This document shows positions 37,429 through 46,440 of a stretch of DNA of 64,000 nt, piece by piece. Within the stretch, counting starts at the first letter, position 1, and every line of letters begins with the position of its first letter. The notes below the pieces were generated by a model. It saw only the letters and a program-made list of their open reading frames with translations. It searched no databases and was not told where the DNA came from. The translations under genes and the position numbers were made by a program. The stretch is from an uncultured Vampirovibrionales bacterium (lineage in GTDB: Bacteria; Cyanobacteriota; Vampirovibrionia; Vampirovibrionales; Vampirovibrionaceae): the NCBI GenBank assembly GCA_964387265.1, contig CAYLWC010000003.1, positions 43,468 to 107,467 on the forward strand, given 5' to 3'.

Positions 37429-38043
37429 TTAATGCAGGGGGATAGAAGGTTCTGAGCCACTAGATACGGTGGGTGTTTGGGGGGATGGTTTACTCAGGGA
37501 TTTCCAAAGGGCAATTGCCATCAGAGTTAAGCCTATTCCCATACCGATGTGGGCCGTGCCGTATACGATATGGCGAAGAATAGCGATGCCAAAAAAGTAA
37601 TTCTGCTCAATGATAGCAAAGTCAGTTTCTCCAAACCGGACGGAGAGGAGGAAATGGTAGCCTTTATATAACATCAGGAACACGCTGAGGGCGGCCCCAG
37701 ACAGATACAACCTGCTGCCCCACCGGAGCAACTTTTCAGATGCCGGTGATTTTCCCAGGCAGAGCCCCAGGTAACACATCCAGCAGATGATCATGGGGAT
37801 GAGCGTCCCGATGAGAAACACGTGTCCATGGAGCAAGGCCAGGTGAATCACTGTTTCTAGATGTAGGCCAGGGGCCAAATCGGCGTAAGTCGCCTTTTTA
37901 GCGGATTCTTGAAATAAAATCCCCGACAAAAGGGCAATGAAAATCATGATCAGGGCAAAGCGCATCATGCGCTGAAAGAATGTGGGATAGTGGGAAGGCA
38001 GGTGAATGGCCATGGCATGCTGGACTCTCTTGTTAAAGGGCAC
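37429..38043 (-). CDS. Hypothetical integral membrane protein
   Basis: Five to six TM helices and a Ser/Pro-rich C-terminus. No assignable family. Confidence 0.5.
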   Translation of the reverse strand: MPFNKRVQHAMAIHLPSHYPTFFQRMMRFALIMIFIALLSGILFQESAKKATYADLAPGLHLETVIHLALLHGHVFLIGTLIPMIICWMCYLGLCLGKSPASEKLLRWGSRLYLSGAALSVFLMLYKGYHFLLSVRFGETDFAIIEQNYFFGIAILRHIVYGTAHIGMGIGLTLMAIALWKSLSKPSPQTPTVSSGSEPSIPLH

Positions 38044-38228
38044 CGTTTCTATCCCTTATTGTCCATGCTCAAGGAGAGGAATACCAACGTTTTATTGTGT
38101 TGGCCGGAGAAACTTGGGGTGCATGAATTGATGCTTGGACTTTTTTCGTCTCTGCGCTATAACTGCTTCAAAGAGAGATTAACCGATGTTGATCGGTGTA
38201 TTGTTTAATTATTTAAGGGGATAATTGT

Positions 38229-38846
38229 ATGCGAGTGAATTCCGCACCCACTGTTTTTCCGGGTAACAAGATCGGCAGCAGCGAGGTCGGCAGCAAGGTC
38301 GCAAACCCTGCTACAGCGCAGCAACCAGTTCTGGCAACCAAGTCCAATCAGGCAGAAGGGGATCAGGTTCTGTTCACTGGCTTGAAAGATGACTTGAAGG
38401 CAAAATGGGCTGCTTTCAGAGCTGAGCTGAGCCCTGGGGACGCCCCGGAAGCAGCGCTTCAACGGCAAAAGCAGCGGGAAGCCGCTTTGGAATTGCAGCG
38501 GGTTCAGCAACGCCACCGGACGCTGGTTGTCGCCAATGCTGAGGCTAATGTTTACGCTCAACAAGCAAAGCGTGTACTGCAAAAAGGGATAGCGGCTCTG
38601 GAAAAGGCAGTTCAGCAATCTCAGGAAGCTGAAAATCGGGCTGATCAGATTCGGACCAACGCCGGGGTTACCCTGTCTGAAATTGATCAGGCACACCAGG
38701 CTGAGTTAGACGCGCTGCAGGAGCAGGCTAAAATGTTGACCGAGCAATCCAAAAAACTCTCCCAAGCCTTGGTGGGCGATGACTCTACCAAGCGTGAGAT
38801 TGCAAAAGCCCAAGAAACCCTGAAGCAACTGAAGGGTGAAAAGTAA
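38229..38846 (+). CDS. Coiled-coil hypothetical protein
   Basis: AAGGGG RBS. Ala/Gln/Glu-rich heptad-like sequence throughout. Confidence 0.5.
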   Translation: MRVNSAPTVFPGNKIGSSEVGSKVANPATAQQPVLATKSNQAEGDQVLFTGLKDDLKAKWAAFRAELSPGDAPEAALQRQKQREAALELQRVQQRHRTLVVANAEANVYAQQAKRVLQKGIAALEKAVQQSQEAENRADQIRTNAGVTLSEIDQAHQAELDALQEQAKMLTEQSKKLSQALVGDDSTKREIAKAQETLKQLKGEK

Positions 38847-38913
38847 ACCCGCTTTCTGACAAAATCAACATCCAGGTGAGCCGTCACCTGGATGTTTTGA
38901 TGAGGGGGAACAG

Positions 38914-39768
38914 GTGATGTCATTCTTGAACCAGGAGGGGAATCGGCCCGAATCGAAGTGGCGCCAAAGACTTTATACGATCATCTTTGAATCCGACACC
39001 TCGGAGGGGAAACTGTTTGATTTAATCCTGCTGGCACTGATTCTAATCAGCGTTCTGGCCGTCATGCTGGAAACCGTTCAGGCTATCCATAACGTGTATG
39101 GGCAAGGGTTTTACCTCTTTGAGTGGATGATTACCCTGTTATTTACTGTGGAGTATGGGTTTCGCATTTTGGCGGTTCGAGATCCCTCTCGGTACGTGCT
39201 GAGCTTTTTTGGGGTGGTGGATTTATTGGCCATCCTCCCAACGTACCTGAGCCTGATTATCCCAGGGAGCCAATATTTGTTGGTGATTCGGGTTCTCAGG
39301 CTGCTTCGGGTCTTTCGGGTGTTGAAGCTGACCCGTTACATGGGTGAGGCCAATGTTTTGATGATGGCGTTACGGGCCAGTAGCGTCAAAATTACCGTAT
39401 TCCTGTTTGGCGTCTTAACGATTGTGATTATTGTGGGGGCCTTGATGTACTTGGTTGAAGGCCCTGAACATGGCTTTGTCAATATTCCGATCAGTGTGTA
39501 CTGGGCCATTGTGACCCTGACAACGGTTGGTTTTGGGGATATTACGCCAGGGACTCCTTTGGGTAGAATGCTGGCTTCTATGGTCATGATTTTAGGGTAT
39601 GGCATTATCGCTGTGCCGACCGGGATTGTGTCGGTGGAACTGGCCCAGGCAACCCGAATAGCGGCTGAGCACATAATGTGTTCCGCATGCGGAAAAACCG
39701 GCCTGGGAAAAGACGCAAGTTACTGCATGTATTGCGGAGAATCCATGGCAGGGCCTTCCGTCCATTGA
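38914..39768 (+). CDS. Voltage-gated cation (K+-type) channel with C-terminal zinc-ribbon
   Basis: S4 sensor RVLRLLRVFRVLKLTRY. Pore helix and TTVGFGD filter. C-terminal CSACG...CMYCG. Confidence 0.8.
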   Translation: MMSFLNQEGNRPESKWRQRLYTIIFESDTSEGKLFDLILLALILISVLAVMLETVQAIHNVYGQGFYLFEWMITLLFTVEYGFRILAVRDPSRYVLSFFGVVDLLAILPTYLSLIIPGSQYLLVIRVLRLLRVFRVLKLTRYMGEANVLMMALRASSVKITVFLFGVLTIVIIVGALMYLVEGPEHGFVNIPISVYWAIVTLTTVGFGDITPGTPLGRMLASMVMILGYGIIAVPTGIVSVELAQATRIAAEHIMCSACGKTGLGKDASYCMYCGESMAGPSVH

Positions 39769-39808
39769 AAAAACGGCTTTTTAATGTGTTAAAGCCTGTT
39801 TCATCTGG

Positions 39809-41485
39809 CTATCCGGTTTGCATCTTGTTGAGCTGATCAGCACTTAACTGCGCCTCGGTCGCGGAAATATCGGATAAAGCTTCATCAAACGTCTTGATGC
39901 TCCCTCGGCTGATTGGGATATGGGTAAACACTCCAAACTCTTTCAAGGTCTCCTGGACTTCATTGGTCATATTCACCAGGTACACGGTGCACCTGCGCTC
40001 GTTAAATTGGCGGAGTGCGTCTTCCAGCGCGTAAACGCCGGACTGATCCACCAACGGGACTGTTGCCATATGCAGGATGATATAAGGATACTCGTACATT
40101 TTGGGGAGGGCTTCATTAAAGTTCTTGACCTCCCCGAAAAACAGGGGGCCATTGAATTGATACACATATGTTTTTTCCAAAGCGGAAGGCGGCACGATAT
40201 CCCCACGCCCGCCATACCATTTGTCAATCCATTTTTTTAAGCTGCCATGCTTGGAAAAGTGCGTATCACTAAGCTTTTTCATAAACAGGATGCTGGCCAG
40301 CGCCATCCCGATTCCGACGGCAATAATCAGATCCGCAAACACCGTCAGGGCCAGAACGGTTATTTTGACAGCGACATCTGACTTGGATGCCTGGCGCAGG
40401 TTCTTCATGCTGCGATAATCCATAATGGAAATCCCGACAAAGATCAGGATTCCGGCTAGACAGGCCAGCGGAATCTGTTCCACCAACCCGCTGAGCCCCA
40501 GCATGATGGATAGCAGGATAAGCCCATGAATAATGCCTGAAAGTTGCGTTCTGCCACCACTTTTAATGTTAATCAACGTGCGCATGTTGGCGCCAGCGCC
40601 AGGCAAGCCACCAATCAAGCCGGATGCGGCGTTACCGATCCCTTGCCCGATCAGCTCCAGGGTGGTGTTGTGGCGGATATTCAAGACACGGTCCACCATT
40701 ACGGAAGCCAGCAGCGCGTCAATCGAGCCCAACAGGGCTAACACAACCGCTGTATGTATGACCAACGGGAATTCGGAAACCTGGAGGGTTGGCCAATGAA
40801 ATTCCGGCAACCCCGTGGGAATGCCCTCAATGCGGGGAATATCAAAACCCAGGACATAGGCCAGTCCTGTACCGATGATCAGGGCAACCAGCGGGGAAGG
40901 GACTAGCTTGATGAAGCGAGGCAACAGGTAAATGACCACAAGCGTCGTTACGCCGACTATCAAAGCTTGCGGATTGATGTTAACCAGCGCGCCGGGGAAA
41001 GCCAGCAGTGCCTCAAAGGGCTTGCTGACACTGGGATGACCCAGCAAGGGAAGGAGTTGCAGGCTGATGATAATAACGCCAATGCCGGTCATAAAGCCTG
41101 AGATAACGGGATACGGGATGTAGTGGATGATCTGTCCGCCACGGAAAATCCCCAGCAATACCTGGAAAAGCCCGGCAACAACAATGGCTGTGAAGAGAAT
41201 GTTGGGGTTATGCCCCATCGCTGAAGCCGTGGCGATCATCCCTGCGGCCACGACCGTCATCGGGCCAGTGGGGCCGGAAATTTGTCCAGGCGTTCCACCA
41301 AACAGGGAAGCAAAAATACCGCAGGCAATCGCGCCGTACACGCCAGCGGCAGCGCCCATCCCCGAAACCTCTCCAAACGCCAACGCAAGAGGCAGGGCGA
41401 CGATAGCCGCCACGATCCCGCCGGTCAGGTCACCAGGAATGTTAGAAAAATATCGTTGTTTGATAGTCGCAGCCAAATCAGCCAT
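39809..41485 (-). CDS. SulP family anion (sulfate/bicarbonate) permease with STAS domain
   Basis: SulP TM core (GPTGPMTVV, GGLPGAGANMRT) plus a C-terminal STAS domain. Start at ATG 41485 with GAGAGAAAG upstream. Confidence 0.9.
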   Translation of the reverse strand: MADLAATIKQRYFSNIPGDLTGGIVAAIVALPLALAFGEVSGMGAAAGVYGAIACGIFASLFGGTPGQISGPTGPMTVVAAGMIATASAMGHNPNILFTAIVVAGLFQVLLGIFRGGQIIHYIPYPVISGFMTGIGVIIISLQLLPLLGHPSVSKPFEALLAFPGALVNINPQALIVGVTTLVVIYLLPRFIKLVPSPLVALIIGTGLAYVLGFDIPRIEGIPTGLPEFHWPTLQVSEFPLVIHTAVVLALLGSIDALLASVMVDRVLNIRHNTTLELIGQGIGNAASGLIGGLPGAGANMRTLINIKSGGRTQLSGIIHGLILLSIMLGLSGLVEQIPLACLAGILIFVGISIMDYRSMKNLRQASKSDVAVKITVLALTVFADLIIAVGIGMALASILFMKKLSDTHFSKHGSLKKWIDKWYGGRGDIVPPSALEKTYVYQFNGPLFFGEVKNFNEALPKMYEYPYIILHMATVPLVDQSGVYALEDALRQFNERRCTVYLVNMTNEVQETLKEFGVFTHIPISRGSIKTFDEALSDISATEAQLSADQLNKMQTG

Positions 41486-41828
41486 CAGGGTCTTTCTCTC
41501 AATACACTTGAACACTTGATACCTAATAGTATGGCAGAGTTATCCTGAACGCGCTATGAGGATTATTCTATGATGCTCTGATTGTGCTATCAAGGTGTGG
41601 AATTAGACGAGGAGATAGGAGGAGAGGTTATTTTATAGGCTCTATTGCCAAATAGAGGTCTGTGAAGTGATGAAAGAATAGGTTGCGGGCTTTTTAAGCC
41701 AGAACACGTCCGTCTATCTGCCGCAAATCAAAGATCTCGGACTCGGGATGCTAAAAATCTGACGCTGCGCTGCTTTCCCCCATTTCGCCACGGCCCTCTG
41801 TTGGGGTGCGCTTGCATGCGGATTTGCT

Positions 41829-44800
41829 CTAGGGGTAGCTGGGCAGATAACTTGGCAGGTAGGGGGTGTCAATTTCAAAGAGGTGGAAACGGCCTGGCCC
41901 CAGGTCTACCTTCAATTGGTTTTCACCACGGATAAAGTGACTGGAGCGGCCGTACGGCAAGGATAAATCTTTCAAGGATTGAGTCTGACGGAACCCTGGA
42001 ATATGAAGGGTATTGCTATGACGAGCATTTACATCTTTATTGGCAACCACCAGCAAAGTTTTACCATTGAGATGTCGGGCGAAAGCAATGATCTGGTTGT
42101 TTTCCGCGTTTTGTACCGGGACGGGGATAAACAGACCTTTGCTCAGAACATCCTGGTACTGTTTCCGGGTAGATAACATATGCTTGAGGAAGATTCCAAT
42201 TTCTGGATGGTTTCCTTTCGGGCGCTTGGCGAAGTTAAAAATGTCGAAATGTCCTGAAAAACCTGTTGTAAAACCATCTAAAATATAAGGGTTGGTCAAG
42301 GGCTGCGTTGCCATTAGGCCCGAGGCGAGGAAGGACATAGTGGTGCCTCCATTGGTCATCAGGGCCGGATCATCATGGGTGAGGAAGGAGCCGATAAAGG
42401 ATTTTCCGCTCCCTGCCCGGTTAAACATCTGATAGCCATCTTTCAGGTATTGCATATACTCATTGGCGTTGCGCATCTTATGGAAGATGTGGAATTGGCC
42501 ATAGATGGAATCAAACCCACTTTTCAGCAGTCCTTCCGGGACGTCCCGGGGGATATTTTCCATGGGGGAGGCGTCCTCCTCGGTGTAGCTTTCAGCCAGC
42601 CACCCCAGGTGTGGGTACTTGCTTGTAAAGTGTTGCCAGAACCACAGGGGCCGAGCGCGGGCTACATCGACCCGAAAGCCATCCACTCCGACTTTATTGA
42701 CCATCAAGTCAAAAAAGTCTGCATAGTATTTCACCAGGGCCGGGTTGGTTTCAAACATGGCAATATCAATCCAGTTGGCCGGCGTTTTCAGGTTTCCGTT
42801 TCGATCCCTGGCAATCAGGTCCGGGCGGGCTTGGGCCAGATCAATGGAGGCGCAACTGGGGACATCTGCCATCACATGAATCCCTCGCTTATGCGCTTCC
42901 TGAACAAAAATACGGGCTTCATCCAGAACACTGAGCCTATTCCCTGGTGTATCATATTCTGGGTTGAGTTCCAGGTATGAGGCCGGGGCATAGACACTAC
43001 CCGCTTCCCCGAGACGTTTTTGATCTCCAGGTGGGTGGATGGGAAGAAGGTGAATAGTATTCACGCCCAGGTCTTTCAGTTCATCCAGTTTGGAAATGGC
43101 CGAGAGAAACGACCCGCTTTCCCCATGGTTAAATGAGATACGGCCATCGTTATTCTTGTCTTCGGCGCCAAACGTCCGAAGATGCAAAGCGTAGATAACG
43201 GCCTGGTTATTTTTAAAGAGATTTTTGAGTTGGTTTTGCCACGGATAAGGCGGACGTGGGGGCATGGACTGCATAACCGGCGTAGGCTGTATGACCCGGC
43301 TTGCGGGCTGGGAGGGATAAGATCCGTAATAAGGTCTATAATAAGGGTTTATTCCAATTCCAGGAGTGGTTGTAAACGGTCGTTGCGGAATGGCGCTAGG
43401 CTGACTCCAGCCAAACTTGGGCTGTGATGTTGGCGGAGGAGTGGCGGCGGGTTGATTTGTGGCGGGTTTTGGCGCCCCACGACGGCCCACGAAAAATTGG
43501 GTATACAACATGGTTGCCAGTAGCATGCCACCACCCAGATAGCCAATAATTCTTTTTTGCCAGAGTGTTCTGAGTTTGGTGTCTTTGAGGGCGCTCAGCA
43601 AATGCTGGCTTGGGGAAGCGCCCAGTCGGTTAAAGGCTTTGCCAAACTGGCCCTGGTTAATCAATTGGCGGGCTTCCTGGTATAACTGCTCGTTACCCGC
43701 CAGTTTCTTGGCTTGTTCCACTTGCCCCTTTTCTACCAGGCTTTGGATCTCTGGTAGCCCAGGCTTATCCATTAGCGCCTTGAGTGTTTGAACAGTGGGT
43801 TTACCCTTATCAAGTTCTTGGAGAAGAGCCTCGTAATGGCTGACCGTTGCCCTGGCGTTTGTGATTCGCTCTTCAATCAGTTGTTGTGCATTGGCGTGTA
43901 TTGACTTATCCAGCTGAATCCCCTGTTTTTTGAGAAGTACAGACGCTTCTTCGGATAAATGGCTCAGGAAAACCCGTTGTTTTTTTAGGTATTGTTGCAG
44001 CTCCTGACGCCGAGAAGCCTGCTCAGCTTGCCCCAGGGTTTCAAAGTGGCTCAAAAGCGTTTTCTTTTGTTCATGAGCCGGGGCGTTGACAATATCCTGT
44101 ATACTAAACGCAGTATTAAGGCCGGTTTTATTAACCATGTTGACCCCAAAACCTTTCCACCATTGGGAAATCTTGGAGTTTGGAATCTCTCCCACCAGCT
44201 GCCTGACATGGTGTTGGACGTGGTGGGTGAGTTTTTGAGGATCCCGGGTATGGGAGGCCCGGAAAAAGTGGTACATGGTATTCATCCGGTTTAAAAGGTG
44301 GATTGTCGGTTGTTGTAATTGGTCACAAAGTAGCCCTGAAATCACTGGTGTGGCAGGGCCTGCAACCAACATCCACCAGGTCTTGGACTGGGTGGCAATT
44401 TCCCGAATGCGTTCTTCCGTAATTTCTCGGCGGTTGGGGAGATGGCGAGGTATTTTCAGTTTGTCAGCGATACGAATAATCTCATAATCTGGTATCAGGT
44501 GCAGGGGGAGGTACTTGGGATCCTTGTAGAGATTATGTCGTTCCTTGTTGGTGTTGATATAGTCTTGATTCAGGTTCACGCCGGTACGACCCCGAACCAG
44601 TCCATTAATAATTTTGGGGGTGGCGGCCATGGCGCCAAACCAACTTAGAAAACCCAGATATTCCCCAACGCCAAAGACGCGCCGAGTCAGGCCAAACGTT
44701 GCCAGGGTCGCTATGCCCAGACCGGCTCCTCTCTTCAGATTATCATCCAGGATGGCCAGATTGTTATCGCTGATGGGCTTTGGGCCAATGTCGGTTAGCG

Positions 44801-44909
44801 TGGAGGCCACGCGGAGCTGCGTACTGGCAAAATCCTTGAACGTTTTGGGTGGGGCCAGGTGAGCATAGGGAGGAGACACGTTACTTTGGGAGGAGGTCAG
44901 GAAGGTCAT
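41829..44909 (-). CDS. Membrane-anchored GH13 alpha-amylase fused to an uncharacterised N-terminal (about 470 aa) domain
   Basis: C-terminal GH13 catalytic domain with GVDGFRVDVA (nucleophile), WLAESYTEE (acid/base) and FLTHDDP. TM helix IIGYLGGGMLLATMLY and a Pro-rich linker. The N-domain is homologous to the upstream 351 aa protein. Confidence 0.8.
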   Translation of the reverse strand: MTFLTSSQSNVSPPYAHLAPPKTFKDFASTQLRVASTLTDIGPKPISDNNLAILDDNLKRGAGLGIATLATFGLTRRVFGVGEYLGFLSWFGAMAATPKIINGLVRGRTGVNLNQDYINTNKERHNLYKDPKYLPLHLIPDYEIIRIADKLKIPRHLPNRREITEERIREIATQSKTWWMLVAGPATPVISGLLCDQLQQPTIHLLNRMNTMYHFFRASHTRDPQKLTHHVQHHVRQLVGEIPNSKISQWWKGFGVNMVNKTGLNTAFSIQDIVNAPAHEQKKTLLSHFETLGQAEQASRRQELQQYLKKQRVFLSHLSEEASVLLKKQGIQLDKSIHANAQQLIEERITNARATVSHYEALLQELDKGKPTVQTLKALMDKPGLPEIQSLVEKGQVEQAKKLAGNEQLYQEARQLINQGQFGKAFNRLGASPSQHLLSALKDTKLRTLWQKRIIGYLGGGMLLATMLYTQFFVGRRGAPKPATNQPAATPPPTSQPKFGWSQPSAIPQRPFTTTPGIGINPYYRPYYGSYPSQPASRVIQPTPVMQSMPPRPPYPWQNQLKNLFKNNQAVIYALHLRTFGAEDKNNDGRISFNHGESGSFLSAISKLDELKDLGVNTIHLLPIHPPGDQKRLGEAGSVYAPASYLELNPEYDTPGNRLSVLDEARIFVQEAHKRGIHVMADVPSCASIDLAQARPDLIARDRNGNLKTPANWIDIAMFETNPALVKYYADFFDLMVNKVGVDGFRVDVARARPLWFWQHFTSKYPHLGWLAESYTEEDASPMENIPRDVPEGLLKSGFDSIYGQFHIFHKMRNANEYMQYLKDGYQMFNRAGSGKSFIGSFLTHDDPALMTNGGTTMSFLASGLMATQPLTNPYILDGFTTGFSGHFDIFNFAKRPKGNHPEIGIFLKHMLSTRKQYQDVLSKGLFIPVPVQNAENNQIIAFARHLNGKTLLVVANKDVNARHSNTLHIPGFRQTQSLKDLSLPYGRSSHFIRGENQLKVDLGPGRFHLFEIDTPYLPSYLPSYP

Positions 44910-45964
44910 CAGCTCCGTCCTCCCTGCGCGCTAAGGAACTTTTGAAACACCGAAGGTCGGAATGGATCGATTGTACCGTTTTTTCCGGCCAGGTACATCG
45001 GTGGGGGGGATTGATAATTCTTCTTTTCCAAGACCCTGAACATTTGGGCAAAGCCCAAGGCAGCGCCCACACCCAGAACACCCAAGACGCTTTTCCGAAG
45101 TCGAGGGGCCGCTTCCTTGGCGTGACCACTCAAGCGATCCCGAAGTCCGGTCTCCACTTGACTGTAAAGAACGGTTCCGGCATTTTTGACCCTGTTGGCA
45201 ACGTCCCCGGCTTCGGCGCCAAAGAGGGTCTTCTTGAGGATGTCTTGTCCACCGAGCAGGCGAGCCCAGGCGTCGCTTCGGGCGATATAGCCCGCACTAA
45301 CCGCCGCCAGCAGGTTCCCCAATAAGAGCTTAATAGCCCGAGAGGAACTGACCACGGAATTGAGTTGTTCCTGTACCGCCCCTTTGTGATCGGCCACACC
45401 AGGGGGGAGGCCCATTTTCTCCTGGATTTCCCGGAATTGTTTGTTGTTTAAAAGTTCATATTTGGGGAAATCCGCACTGGCGAATATTTTTTCAATGGAG
45501 CCATCGGGTTTTTTGTAGAGTGCGTTGAGATCGACCCCGTATCGCCATTTATAGACCTTATTGACCATGCTGTTAATCAGATGAATGCTGGTGTAGTACA
45601 AACCCACCCCGATACCTTGCCGCAATGCGGTCACTTTCCCGCCGCTGCCTGCGGCCATAAAACTTAGGGTCAGGACCGTGCCGCCCAGGTAATAGGGAAT
45701 GGTGGTGGTTCGCATGAAATCCGAAAAACTGAACGAGGGATCCCCCTTTAGTCCTTTATAGACACTTTGGGGGAGTTTGATAAAAGTATTTTTCGCGTGA
45801 AATAAGAGTTTTTCAACGGGGGAAAGCTGAATCTGCTTATCTTTGGGGAGCTTGGTAGGGTCAATGTAGGAGGGTGTAAGATCAAGGGAATAGACCGGCA
45901 TGGTCTGCTGGCGGTGGGCCGGAAATGGCGTTGGGATAGTGGCTTTGAATGTTACAGGATCCAC
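44909..45964 (-). CDS. Membrane protein paralogous to the N-terminal domain of the adjacent GH13 fusion
   Basis: GTG start with a GAGGGG RBS. Stop overlaps the downstream ATG (ATGA coupling). Conserved blocks YGVDLNALY/TGVNLNQDY and DFPKYELL/LIPDYEII. Confidence 0.6.
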   Translation of the reverse strand: MDPVTFKATIPTPFPAHRQQTMPVYSLDLTPSYIDPTKLPKDKQIQLSPVEKLLFHAKNTFIKLPQSVYKGLKGDPSFSFSDFMRTTTIPYYLGGTVLTLSFMAAGSGGKVTALRQGIGVGLYYTSIHLINSMVNKVYKWRYGVDLNALYKKPDGSIEKIFASADFPKYELLNNKQFREIQEKMGLPPGVADHKGAVQEQLNSVVSSSRAIKLLLGNLLAAVSAGYIARSDAWARLLGGQDILKKTLFGAEAGDVANRVKNAGTVLYSQVETGLRDRLSGHAKEAAPRLRKSVLGVLGVGAALGFAQMFRVLEKKNYQSPPPMYLAGKNGTIDPFRPSVFQKFLSAQGGRS

Positions 45965-46440
45965 AACTGTGTTATCCCCTCGTGTTGGTCATATTAATGC
46001 CCTACAAGGTTTCAGACTGTATAGCGCTAACAACAGAAGAAAGATGGTCAATTTCTGAATGTGATCAATTGATTCAAAAATAGCGTATTTGTTACAGGGG
46101 TTGTTTTTTAAAGGAATCAAACAATTAGAACAATGAGGTTGTCCTGGGACGACGTTCTGGTGAGTTTGCCTATATAAGCATAAAGGGGGAATTGCATGAA
46201 GAGGTTGCTGTAAAATATATATGTACTTGATATCTCTTCCTGTAGCGTTTTGTAATAAATGGGGTATTTCCCGAATGTCGGCAGTATAATGCCAGGCAAA
46301 CAGGGATTCTGACCTTTTACTCTCAACGGACTGAAGCCACGACTCATAGAGAGCTGGTCAAGACCATGATGTCCTGTCGGTTTTAGATCGCATTCGATCG
46401 CAACTTTTGAAATTGATGATCTTTCATATCAGGAAAGGAA

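Noticed and set aside
42375-42980. 201 aa plus-strand ORF inside the GH13 fusion gene
   Set aside because: Antisense to the intact GH13 catalytic domain.
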